64,000 nucleotides of DNA from an uncultured marine group III euryarchaeote (GCA_902627615.1 CACOJW010000006.1:31204-95203), one strand, 5' to 3'. Positions 1 through 10,166 are shown, numbered from the stretch's first letter. Notes: a model not told the origin generated them from the sequence alone. Program-made: numbers and translations.

Positions 1-3000
1 ATGAGGATGACATTAATTTGGGTAGTTCTTCTGTATACTCTATAGGTAATACATTCTCAACAGTTGTTGTATCAAGTGATTCCGTTTTGACTGTTAAATC
101 TTACATTGATATTGATGTTAATGATGCTTCAGGAGACAATATGAGCGGTATTGATATCAAAGTAATGGAGGATGATGTTCAAAAGTATGCAACCAGTTAC
201 TTTGGAGGCAATGATCCTAAAACAGATTCTTCAGGAACTATTGCAACTTTCTTAATTGATTCAAAGAAGTATGATGGCAGTTCCACTTCAGAATTAATAC
301 CCACCTATGTTTCAGCAAGGTATTATGATTGGGTTGAGACAAATTCTTTTGATTCAAGTAACACAATAACTGTTGAAGTTCCCGACTTACGAGTTCAAAA
401 TACTAGGACTGGAACGTTGACATACCATATACAAACGGCAATCGATAATGCAATAGAAGGAGATACGATAAGGGCATGGAATGGAACTTATTTTGAGAAT
501 ATTGAAGTTACAGAAGAATTGACAATTCTAGGTAACGGAACTTCTACAATAATCAATGGAGATAATGATACGGCAATTGAAATAGCAGAAGATAGTGTAA
601 CTATCAAAAATGTAATGATTGTATCTTCTGAAAAAGGAATATACCTTAATTCAATTGAAGATACGATTGTTGATAATGTTAAATTTACAACTAGTGAATA
701 TGGACTTTATTCAGAAGAAACACAGAATTTAGTTGTGAATAATAGCATATTTGATGTCGTAGATTATGGTATTTATCTAGCTTCAAGTTCAACAGTTAAA
801 ATCGAAGATAATGAGTTCCGCAATGGAACTCAAAATGGAGATTATTGTATTTATCAATCAGAATCTTCAGATAATGGAGGTGCTAGCATTGAAGATAATA
901 AATTCAATGATTGTAATGTAGCTTGGAGATCAGGAAGTGGAAGTAATACTTTTAGAGATAATAATTTGAAAGATAATGAGTATGGTGTGTTACTTTCAGG
1001 TACTGAAGCAAATAATAATTTATTACATGATAATAATTTTGATGATTCAGGGGTTGCAGTTTACATTTACAATACAGCTTATGATAACAACTTGTACAAC
1101 AACTACATAGATGATTCTGATGATTACGATATCAAATTGAGTGATTCATACGATACAGTTTCTTACAACAATACATTTTCATCTATTTCAGTAGCCTCAG
1201 ATGCAAACATGTGGATTAAAGTCTACATTGATGTAGATGTTACAGACAATTCAAGTAACGCTTTATCTAATGTTGATTTACAAATTAAGCAAGATGCTTT
1301 AGTTGTATATTCAACAGCATATTATGGTGGCAGTGATTCCAGAACTGACGTAACAGGCCAAATTGCAGAATTCTTAGTGGCGACATCTCTATATAATGGA
1401 AGTTCAACACCAACCTCAGTTACTACTGTAGTAAATGCACGTTACTCTGATTGGCTTTCCTCTGAAGCTTATAACATCAATAATGATGTTGACATTAAGG
1501 TCGATGATTTTAGAGTTAAAAATGATGATACAGATCAAATGTTTTATTCAATTAACGGTGCAATAAATGCAGCTTCTAATGGAGATACCTTACTCATTTG
1601 GGCCGGAACTTATTATGAAAATGTCTTACTTAACAAGGAATTAACATTAACGGGTAATGGCACATCATCTACAATCATTAACGGAAGTTATTCTGGTGAT
1701 GTTATTGCAGTAACAGCCGATGAAGTCTTAATTGAAAAATTAACAATTATTGGAAGCGGTTCTGGTAACTCAGGAATATTAGTAAGTGAAGGAGATAGTG
1801 TATTCACAGATTTGAGATTTGCAGATAATGATTATTCATACTACTCAGAAGGTGATTTCAACGAATTGTCTTTAAGCAGTATCTTAGATAGTAATTATGG
1901 GGCATTTGTAACGGGAGATAATAACATAATAAGTCAAAATACATTCTCTGAAAATGGCGTGTCTATTACGTTTTCATCAACCTCAGAGGATAGTAGGGCA
2001 AATAATAATGAAATTACAGATGGAACAGATACGGCCATACATTTGGCAGGTTCTGAAGAAACAACTATTAGGGATAACTATATTCATAATAATTCTGCAT
2101 ATGGAGTGAAATTAACAAACGATTCAGCAGATAATATCATTTATGATAACGACTTAGAATATAACTCAGAATTTTCATTACTAGTTGTAGCTTCGGGCAA
2201 TAATTCGATTCATAACAATACCTTCAAATCAAATGACGACGGTTCAGCTAAATTTGATTCATCATACTATAATGTATTCAGAGATAATGTGTTGAATGCA
2301 AATGATGATTACTTGTTACTTGAAGGCGGGGGTCAAAATAGTATTTCACACAATACCTTTACGGAGGATGGAATTTTAATTCAGAATTCTAATAATCAAA
2401 TAATTACAGGTAACACAATAACTGATGCACCAGATAATGGCATTAGAATCTTCAAGTCTAGCTCGAACAATTATCTGTCTGATAATTTAATTTCAGGTTC
2501 AGATGATGAAGACATATATGTTGGAGGAAGTGGTTCTCAGGTTAATAATAGAGGATTTAACAACTCATTTAATACGATTAAAGTTCAAGGTAACGGCGAG
2601 TTTGTAGTATTAGACTTCATAGGACTTAGAACCATTAATTCCGAGGGAAATATGTCCGGTAACGATGTTAAAGCTACATTTGGTTCATCTACTCTCTATG
2701 CTTCTAATTATTTCGGAGGTAACGATCCTGTTACAGACTCAAGTGGTTTGATTCCTGACTTTATTGCACCTATTGAAATTTATGACGGAAGTTCAACACC
2801 TACTAAGGTCATAACTCCAATGACAGTTAGGTTCTCGGATTGGACAGATACATTCAATTTAGATCCTTACAGTGGTTCCTCAATTACCGTATTTGTGCCT
2901 GAGTTGCGCGTTAAGAACCAAAATACTGGAGAATGGTCCTATTTGGTTCAAACGGCTATAGATGACGCAGGTGTTAATGACGTAATAATTCTATCAAATA

Positions 3001-6000
3001 GCACATATCGTGAGAACATAGTTGTAAATAAAGCAGGTGTAACTCTGCAGGGTCCATATTCAGATAGGCACAATCCCGGCGTCATTATCGATGCACAAAA
3101 TGATGGTTGTGCTATAACCGTAACAAAATCAGGAATTTATATCCTTGGACTTAATGTTACCAATTCTTTTGAGTCAGATTCTCCTTTCAATTCCTCAGCT
3201 ATACGCATAGTTTCGGACAATAATGAGATACGTTATAACAGAGTTACAAATTCGTATGTCGGAATATTGGCAGATAGTACCGATAATAATGAGATTATTG
3301 ACAATTCAATCGATGAGGTAGAAATAGGAATATTATTAACTAAATCTAACAGTAATCTTATTCATTCAAACTTTATAGATTCAGTTGATGAATATGATAT
3401 ACTACTTAGTAACGTAGGATATTCTACAGGTTCAAGTTATAATACAATAGAAGGAAACATAGATATTGATTCGATGCGGATTCATAATTCAGATAGTAAC
3501 TTCATAGTTAATTCTGAAACAATAACTGTTACTCTGTCTGATTCAGAAAGTATTTCTTCTGTAAACTCTACATTTGATTATGTGGTTTGTGATTCAGATT
3601 CTTCTCTTTATTTGAAAAATTATATGAATATAGAAGTTTCAAAACTAGGTTCTTCTTTAAAGAATGTAGATGTTAGAGTAAAGGATGGTAATAATACGTT
3701 CTATTCCACGCAGTATTTCGGCGGTAGTGATCCAAAGACTACTTCCTCCGGGTCCCTTCCGAACGACATTCTTGTAATCTATAGAGTCTATGATGGAAGT
3801 AGCTCTGGAACCGATAATGAAACTTCTGTAAAGGTACGCGTTGGCGATTGGTTTAAGTTATCAGACGATATAATTGAGGGGTATACAGTATTTGATTTCA
3901 ATGTTCCACATTTCAGAGTAGAGAATACGAATACAAACACAAAATATGCATACGTCCAAACTGCAATAGATAATGCTACAGCAGGCCATACTATCATATT
4001 GGAAGCAGGAATCTACCGTGAGAATATTCTCATTGATAAAGAATTGACACTTACAGGTGAAACAGTAACAGATGGAATTATGTGGGATGGAGTTCAAACC
4101 AGCGCAGGGTCAGTCCTTACGGTTGACAATTTAGGTGGTTTAGGTGCACCACCATTAGCAAATTCATCTAGAGCAGGAATTGCCATAGCTGCAAGCGATG
4201 TATCCATAACTAATTTAATTATTGCAAATTTCACACACGGTATTTCCATTGATGATTCCAGCGATACTGACATTAGTGATGTAATAATAATTAGAACTCA
4301 AGATACAGGAATTTCCATTACATCCTCAAATGGAGTTATTGTGTCTGAGTCTAAAATTATAGGTAAAGATACAACGGGAACTGGTATTTTAATAGAAGAA
4401 TCAGCTTCCTCAGTTAATTTAGTAAATCTAGAAGTTAGCTATTGCAGTATAGGAATTATTGTAGATGGAGAATATATCAGTGTAGATGCAGTTCAAATAC
4501 ACAGTAATAGTAATGATGGAATAAGAATTACGGCTACGTCTTCAGATATTGTAACTGCTAATAATGTTATACACAATAATGGAGGTAATGCGTTAGAAGT
4601 TTCAGGACTTACTTCAGGAAGTTTCTATGGCAATTTAATTTATAGCAATGGTAACACCGAATTCCGTATCATATCAAGTCACAAATTAGAAATATATGAT
4701 AATATTATTTCAGATCCAGAGTTCGGTTATGGAATTCATTTAACAGGCGGTAGTGATAATGAAATACATGACAACATACTACACGTTAGTACATGGTTAG
4801 ACGGATCAGATGGAACCTTGGTTTACGATAATGAATTTGTTAATATTACAGGCGGTTCAACAACTTATGACAATTCAGCACTCATAATTGCTTCTAGTAA
4901 TAATACAATGTCAGATAACACAATCGATAATGTAGGCGTTGCTTTTGCCTTCTTACCAATTAATGATCCAAACTATAATTTAGTTGAAAACAACACAATT
5001 AACATAGATTCGCTTCAAAAATCTATGGAATATTATACCTCTGGAATGAATAACACGTTCATTAACACAGAAATGTCGTATGTAGATATATCAGAAGACA
5101 GTTACTTTGAGATTCTCCAATACATTGATATTGAAATGAACACTGTATTAGGCTCAGCAAAAAATGTTGAGCTAGAAATTACAGAAGGTGATTCAGTCAT
5201 TTATGCAACAAACAGATATAATGGTTCAGATTCAAAGACCGATTCTTCAGGCCAAATTGAAAGGCTTTTCTTAGTTAGTGAAATTTATGATGGAGATTAT
5301 GTGGCAGACTACGTAGTTACGACTATGAAATATTATTATGATGGCGTTGAATATAATTCTGAAATTGACACAGATTCAAGCCATGAAGAAGTGATATGGG
5401 TAAATCTCAGACCTACAGCAGCTATTGATTCTGTAATTGGAATTGGAGATCTTTCAGCAAGTTCAAGTGAGGAAGCTGTCAAGGGAGCTGATTTGTTGAT
5501 TGTAGATGATAATACGATTGCTTATTGGCCATTTGATGAGGGTACTGGAGAGTTGATATTAGATAAAACTGGAGTTAATACGGGAACAATAAATTTCGGT
5601 GGTTGGCAGAGTGAAGGAAGGCCAAATGCAAGTGATTTAAATTCAGTTTATTTTGATGGTACTTATACAAACATAGATACAAGCCTTCTATTGATTGATC
5701 AGGATGAATTCACTCTTGAAGCCTGGTTCAATACAGATTCTACACAAACAATGACTATTGTTTCAGATAAAGATAATGAATTTCAATGGGGTCATAATCT
5801 TTACATTGAAGGTTTCCTCAAATTTGATTTTACAGTTGATGAAGGAACAGTAGTTAGTGTTAATTCAATATCTTCAGTTTCAGATGGAGAGTGGCACTTT
5901 GTTTCTGTCGTTCGAGGCCAAGATTATGTTGAACTATGGTTAGATGGAGAATTGGTAGATTCTCAATCTTGGTCAGGAGAGATAGACTATACTTCAAGCA

Positions 6001-9000
6001 CAATCCGTATAGGTCAAACAGCAGCTGGAGATCCATTGCCTTTCAAAGGACTAATTGATGATTTAAGATTCTCAAGCATCGCACGTCACCATGAAGACTT
6101 CATGACTGGTAGTGGTATTGTAGCATTCATTTCAGACTCCTTTGACGATGATGGCCAAATTATAGATTATATCTGGACTTCATCAAAAGATGGGGAGTTA
6201 GGACGTGGTTCGGTTCTGTATTATCCGGTTAACGATTTAAACGATGGTTCACACTCAATTGAGCTGTTAGTAATAGATAACAACGGTACAGTTTCAGATA
6301 GTGTTACTTCGACGTTATTGGTAATGCAAAGACCAGATTCAGAAATAGTGTATGTACGTGTTAATGATGAACCTGCAGCATGGGGTTGGGGAATTAATGT
6401 AAATAGTGGAGATGAAATTTCTTTCAAAGGTCAATCCGTCGGACAATTTATTATTCAATACTCTTGGGTTTCGGATTTAGAAGGTTCAATATTTGATGAG
6501 GGAGAATGTTCCAGTGACGATTCTTCAGTATGTGTCTCAGAATTTAAAACAGATGCCTTAGCAAATGGTACCCATTTCATCACTTTCAAGGTGCAGGCTG
6601 CTAATAGTTTATGGAGCCCTGAGCAAGTAATTGAAATTAGCGTTAATGGGCGGCCTGAAATTGGCGAAAATATCGAATCCACAGATGAATTCTTAGATAG
6701 ATTAAAATCAGCAATGTTTAGAGTTCCTATTGAAGATGATTCAACAGTAGGTAACGAATTAAGTTATGTTGTCGAATATAGAATCAAAGACAGTGATGAT
6801 GAATGGTCTAGTGATTACATAACTTCTAAAATATTTAACGGAGAAACAGGAAATCTTGAATTTGAGTTCAGTCCTGACGCTGAGGCAGAAGTCGGGGAAT
6901 ATGAATTCTTTATCGAAGTAACAGATGACACCGGAGGCGTCTCTGATTACTACATAATGAATCAAGGTATTACTGTTCAAAATAACATTCCAGAGATAAC
7001 AAATACTAATGTAGACGTTGATGGCGACGGAGAGCCAGATTCAGAACCAGTTTTCCAGGAAGGAGAACAAATTGAATTATCAATTGATACGGCAGATGAG
7101 GATGGCGATGTTTCTAACGTTACATGGTATATTGATTTAGATAAAGATGGTGAGATAGATAATGATGAAATAATTGGATATGGTTCTAGCCCAGCTAAAG
7201 AAGACATTGATTATTCGGTAATGACTGTGGGTGAAAACGAAGTTACAGTGGTGATTACAGATGATGATGGAGATACATCCCAAGACACATTCATCATTGA
7301 AATTACTGCAGCTCCAGTTGAGGAGAGCGCGGTTGAAGTTGTCCTAGAAAATTTCAGTAATAATTTACCTTTGATTGGAGGTTTAGCAGTAGGTATTGTA
7401 ATGATTCTAGGAACTCTTGCTTTAAGAAGAAATAGAGGCGATTCAGTAGGAGACATAGAAGTAATTCCAGATCCAACGGATGCAGCATCTGATAGGCCTG
7501 AGCAAGTTGTTGAAGACTGGGAAATTCCTACAGACGCTCAAGGTAATGCTTTGATTATTGGTGAGTACATGGCAAAACGCAGAGAAGCATACCTTACACA
7601 TCCAAATAATGAAGAGGTTCTTGATTATTTACATAATAACAGAGAGCGTTTTACGATATCATCATACTTTGATGTTCCAGCAGATCCAACAGTTGTCATT
7701 ACAGATTGGGCTTTGCCAGAAAATCTACGCGGTAATGTCCACCTTGATTCCTTCCGTCAACAGTTAGTTGAAAGAATAACAAACAGTACTCCAGACAAAA
7801 ATTTCGTTATTATCGGAGAACCGGGAGTCGGTAAGACAGTTATGCTCTTTGAAGTATTTGATAGGTTAATGTATAAATCTCCAGTAGGAATTCTATCTAC
7901 AGATACAATTGCTAAGGCTCACGAGATGTTTGGAGTTCGTGTTTTCTATGATGATATACCCGAGAATCAGAAATTAGTGGAAGCATTAACAGATAACGAA
8001 ATTTCAGGAGTGATCGTTACTTCAAGAGAAGCAGACTGGAAGGCTTTACCTACTGAAATGCAAGCTAAGTTTGATCGATTGACAGTTCCATTGTTCAGTG
8101 AGTTGGACATGAAGAAAATGATTGAGAAAATGATGACTTTCCAGAGTATTGGTTTCAATGATGAATCAGTAGATGTTCTGGCAGAATATGCAGAAGGCAG
8201 TCCTATCTACGTTTGGTCTATGGTAAGAGAAATGATGCATAGAAGCGTTAAGAGTTTATCAGCAGAATATATCAAAGAAAATTCTGTTAAAGGAATGATT
8301 AACTATGTTGCACAATTATTACAGAGGCTGCTCAAAGATGGTGAGGAATACCGTGATGGTGGTCTACATGCACTAGCATCTTTGATTTTCCTTTCAGACC
8401 ATATGGAAGAGCGTTATTGTAATGATTATTTCTTTGATGCATATGTTGAGGAGTTATCAAAACATACAGAAGAAAAATTAGGAGATAAGATGAATCCTAA
8501 GACCTTGAATTTAGTCTTGGCATATTTACCAATTAATGACAGTGTTATCAGATTCCCACACGATACTTGGCCAGATGTTTTACAAGGTTGGGGAGACATG
8601 AATCCATTCAGTACTGAATTAAGGATGATAAATCGTGCATTCGCAGATTCAGGACTTTTCCAAGATTTAAAGAAAGAAGTAGTAGCTGACGTTTGGAATT
8701 CAACTTACGAGAGATATAAGAGAACGCCATCTAGGCAGAAAAACTCTTTCTTGGCTTTAGCAGACACGTTATTCCAGAATTTCACAATTGATGAATTAAA
8801 GAAATTAGGAGTAGATATTGACATAGTCAGGCAAGTTGCTTCTACTTACTCACATATACCTCAGGCAGCTAAATTAATATCCAAGATTCAGGCAGTTTTA
8901 CCACAGACAGTTACAAGAATTATCAATATGCAAGACATTGACTCAGAGAAAGGTCATGTTCCTTACAAGATTCAAGAGATGTATCTCATTTACAATGATG

Positions 9001-10163
9001 GACGTATGATTTCCAGTCTAATGGATGAGGAAGCTAAAGTTGATTCAGATATCATGAGTAGTATGTTAACAGCAATCAATGATTTCGTTAAAGATTCTTT
9101 CCAAACTTCAGGTAATTTAGGTTCAATTGATTATGGAGAAAACCAGATTATATTAGAGAGAGGAAAGCATACAATTCTCGCATCAGTTGTATATGGTGAA
9201 GCAAATCGTGATTTGAGGTCTAGAATGGGTCGTGCTTTAACAAAGATTGAAGGTGATTACGGATCTAAGCTAAGAAGCTGGAATGGTGACGTAGATAGTC
9301 TAAGTGATTGTGTACAGTACTTGCAACCAGTTATGGACATGAGTAAGTCTGTGACTAAGGATATGATTGATGAATTGCAAGCCTTGAAAGATGTAAGTTT
9401 AAGATCAAGTTGGAGCCAAGTAGCAGGCTTTGTTCAAGTTAACTTGATGATTAACAATTATTCCAAAAAACAGCTCAAAGGCGCTAAATTAACTTTAGAA
9501 TATGGTGCAGATTTCCTTAAGCTGGTTAAGACAGAACCAGAGCTAAAAAATACAGTTACTGAAGTTGATATTAAGAAAGTTGGAGCTAATGATGAGATGG
9601 CTGTAACATTGTATTTCGAACCATTAAAATCTACACAGGCCTCTTTGAATGTTCACTTAGATTATGAATCCAAAGGTGGTCAATCATCTGGAGTTTCTAC
9701 TGCAGTCTTTGAGCGTGTTAATTTGTACAAAGAAGGTGCTTCTCTCAACTTGTCTGATCTTGATAATGCGTCCAAGGCCGAAATTATTTCAGAGTCAGTT
9801 CCAGCCGAAGTTGTTGAAGCAAGTGTGGAAGACGTTGAAGTTGCAGCCGAAGTTGTAGATGTAGTGGAAGATGTTTCTTCTGATGTCGAAGTTTTAGATA
9901 CAGTTGTTGAGGAAGCTGAAGCATTTGAAACAGAGGAAGAGCCTGAGGAAGAACCTAAGAAGAAATCTAAGAAAAAGGAGAAAGTCGAGGAAGCTCAGCA
10001 TGATGTTCCTGACCCTGGTGAATCAGGTGTTGATGATATAATGAGTAAATTAGGTGAATTGGATGATCCTGAAAATAAGCCTAAAAAGAAAGAAAAGAAA
10101 TCAAATGACGCTGAAGATCCAGAAGGTATGGACGATATCTTAGGCAAATTAGACGAATTATAG
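1..10163 (+). CDS. Giant single-pass membrane protein, 5'-partial (>3,385 aa). Ectodomain of repeated beta-sandwich + parallel beta-helix modules, a LamG-like block and PKD/Ig-like blocks; one TM helix; cytoplasmic STAND/NB-ARC-like P-loop NTPase, Roadblock/longin-like domain, beta-sandwich and charged tail.
   Basis: The frame is open from base 3 to the TAG at 10161-10163, and the window starts inside a repeat unit, so the N-terminus lies upstream. There are five diverged ~90-aa units (YIDIDVND..YFGGNDPKTDSSG..YDGSST). Four of them are followed by IQTAID-x-A-x-GDTI..GTY-x-ENI and Asn/Asp-rich ~22-aa pseudo-repeats. LamG-like block IAYWPFDEG..LIDDLRFS at ~5500-6090. TM LPLIGGLAVGIVMILGTLAL + RRNRG at 7365-7439. 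Walker A GEPGVGKT at 7815-7838, VRVFYDD at 7935-7955, VIVTSRE at 8010-8030. Confidence 0.85.
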   Translation, partial: EDDINLGSSSVYSIGNTFSTVVVSSDSVLTVKSYIDIDVNDASGDNMSGIDIKVMEDDVQKYATSYFGGNDPKTDSSGTIATFLIDSKKYDGSSTSELIPTYVSARYYDWVETNSFDSSNTITVEVPDLRVQNTRTGTLTYHIQTAIDNAIEGDTIRAWNGTYFENIEVTEELTILGNGTSTIINGDNDTAIEIAEDSVTIKNVMIVSSEKGIYLNSIEDTIVDNVKFTTSEYGLYSEETQNLVVNNSIFDVVDYGIYLASSSTVKIEDNEFRNGTQNGDYCIYQSESSDNGGASIEDNKFNDCNVAWRSGSGSNTFRDNNLKDNEYGVLLSGTEANNNLLHDNNFDDSGVAVYIYNTAYDNNLYNNYIDDSDDYDIKLSDSYDTVSYNNTFSSISVASDANMWIKVYIDVDVTDNSSNALSNVDLQIKQDALVVYSTAYYGGSDSRTDVTGQIAEFLVATSLYNGSSTPTSVTTVVNARYSDWLSSEAYNINNDVDIKVDDFRVKNDDTDQMFYSINGAINAASNGDTLLIWAGTYYENVLLNKELTLTGNGTSSTIINGSYSGDVIAVTADEVLIEKLTIIGSGSGNSGILVSEGDSVFTDLRFADNDYSYYSEGDFNELSLSSILDSNYGAFVTGDNNIISQNTFSENGVSITFSSTSEDSRANNNEITDGTDTAIHLAGSEETTIRDNYIHNNSAYGVKLTNDSADNIIYDNDLEYNSEFSLLVVASGNNSIHNNTFKSNDDGSAKFDSSYYNVFRDNVLNANDDYLLLEGGGQNSISHNTFTEDGILIQNSNNQIITGNTITDAPDNGIRIFKSSSNNYLSDNLISGSDDEDIYVGGSGSQVNNRGFNNSFNTIKVQGNGEFVVLDFIGLRTINSEGNMSGNDVKATFGSSTLYASNYFGGNDPVTDSSGLIPDFIAPIEIYDGSSTPTKVITPMTVRFSDWTDTFNLDPYSGSSITVFVPELRVKNQNTGEWSYLVQTAIDDAGVNDVIILSNSTYRENIVVNKAGVTLQGPYSDRHNPGVIIDAQNDGCAITVTKSGIYILGLNVTNSFESDSPFNSSAIRIVSDNNEIRYNRVTNSYVGILADSTDNNEIIDNSIDEVEIGILLTKSNSNLIHSNFIDSVDEYDILLSNVGYSTGSSYNTIEGNIDIDSMRIHNSDSNFIVNSETITVTLSDSESISSVNSTFDYVVCDSDSSLYLKNYMNIEVSKLGSSLKNVDVRVKDGNNTFYSTQYFGGSDPKTTSSGSLPNDILVIYRVYDGSSSGTDNETSVKVRVGDWFKLSDDIIEGYTVFDFNVPHFRVENTNTNTKYAYVQTAIDNATAGHTIILEAGIYRENILIDKELTLTGETVTDGIMWDGVQTSAGSVLTVDNLGGLGAPPLANSSRAGIAIAASDVSITNLIIANFTHGISIDDSSDTDISDVIIIRTQDTGISITSSNGVIVSESKIIGKDTTGTGILIEESASSVNLVNLEVSYCSIGIIVDGEYISVDAVQIHSNSNDGIRITATSSDIVTANNVIHNNGGNALEVSGLTSGSFYGNLIYSNGNTEFRIISSHKLEIYDNIISDPEFGYGIHLTGGSDNEIHDNILHVSTWLDGSDGTLVYDNEFVNITGGSTTYDNSALIIASSNNTMSDNTIDNVGVAFAFLPINDPNYNLVENNTINIDSLQKSMEYYTSGMNNTFINTEMSYVDISEDSYFEILQYIDIEMNTVLGSAKNVELEITEGDSVIYATNRYNGSDSKTDSSGQIERLFLVSEIYDGDYVADYVVTTMKYYYDGVEYNSEIDTDSSHEEVIWVNLRPTAAIDSVIGIGDLSASSSEEAVKGADLLIVDDNTIAYWPFDEGTGELILDKTGVNTGTINFGGWQSEGRPNASDLNSVYFDGTYTNIDTSLLLIDQDEFTLEAWFNTDSTQTMTIVSDKDNEFQWGHNLYIEGFLKFDFTVDEGTVVSVNSISSVSDGEWHFVSVVRGQDYVELWLDGELVDSQSWSGEIDYTSSTIRIGQTAAGDPLPFKGLIDDLRFSSIARHHEDFMTGSGIVAFISDSFDDDGQIIDYIWTSSKDGELGRGSVLYYPVNDLNDGSHSIELLVIDNNGTVSDSVTSTLLVMQRPDSEIVYVRVNDEPAAWGWGINVNSGDEISFKGQSVGQFIIQYSWVSDLEGSIFDEGECSSDDSSVCVSEFKTDALANGTHFITFKVQAANSLWSPEQVIEISVNGRPEIGENIESTDEFLDRLKSAMFRVPIEDDSTVGNELSYVVEYRIKDSDDEWSSDYITSKIFNGETGNLEFEFSPDAEAEVGEYEFFIEVTDDTGGVSDYYIMNQGITVQNNIPEITNTNVDVDGDGEPDSEPVFQEGEQIELSIDTADEDGDVSNVTWYIDLDKDGEIDNDEIIGYGSSPAKEDIDYSVMTVGENEVTVVITDDDGDTSQDTFIIEITAAPVEESAVEVVLENFSNNLPLIGGLAVGIVMILGTLALRRNRGDSVGDIEVIPDPTDAASDRPEQVVEDWEIPTDAQGNALIIGEYMAKRREAYLTHPNNEEVLDYLHNNRERFTISSYFDVPADPTVVITDWALPENLRGNVHLDSFRQQLVERITNSTPDKNFVIIGEPGVGKTVMLFEVFDRLMYKSPVGILSTDTIAKAHEMFGVRVFYDDIPENQKLVEALTDNEISGVIVTSREADWKALPTEMQAKFDRLTVPLFSELDMKKMIEKMMTFQSIGFNDESVDVLAEYAEGSPIYVWSMVREMMHRSVKSLSAEYIKENSVKGMINYVAQLLQRLLKDGEEYRDGGLHALASLIFLSDHMEERYCNDYFFDAYVEELSKHTEEKLGDKMNPKTLNLVLAYLPINDSVIRFPHDTWPDVLQGWGDMNPFSTELRMINRAFADSGLFQDLKKEVVADVWNSTYERYKRTPSRQKNSFLALADTLFQNFTIDELKKLGVDIDIVRQVASTYSHIPQAAKLISKIQAVLPQTVTRIINMQDIDSEKGHVPYKIQEMYLIYNDGRMISSLMDEEAKVDSDIMSSMLTAINDFVKDSFQTSGNLGSIDYGENQIILERGKHTILASVVYGEANRDLRSRMGRALTKIEGDYGSKLRSWNGDVDSLSDCVQYLQPVMDMSKSVTKDMIDELQALKDVSLRSSWSQVAGFVQVNLMINNYSKKQLKGAKLTLEYGADFLKLVKTEPELKNTVTEVDIKKVGANDEMAVTLYFEPLKSTQASLNVHLDYESKGGQSSGVSTAVFERVNLYKEGASLNLSDLDNASKAEIISESVPAEVVEASVEDVEVAAEVVDVVEDVSSDVEVLDTVVEEAEAFETEEEPEEEPKKKSKKKEKVEEAQHDVPDPGESGVDDIMSKLGELDDPENKPKKKEKKSNDAEDPEGMDDILGKLDEL
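96..5410 (+). repeat. Five-fold modular protein-level repeat inside the giant gene (beta-sandwich unit followed by a beta-helix stretch)
   Basis: Unit starts near 96, 1212, 2602, 3607 and 5107. Each has the motif series hYhDh-V....h.V.h....YaT.YFGG.D..TDSSG.h..fh....YDGSS. The copies are diverged at DNA level; no long identical repeats were seen. Confidence 0.7.
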
Positions 10164-10166
10164 AAA

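Noticed and set aside
10027-10160. Reading the C-terminal DDILGKLDEL motif as an ESCRT-III-type MIM1 peptide
   Set aside because: The Leu spacing (i, i+3, i+6) does not match the MIM1 consensus as I recall it ((D/E)xxLxxRLxxL), and no ESCRT/Vps4 genes are in the window. It is kept only as a generic docking-motif hypothesis.
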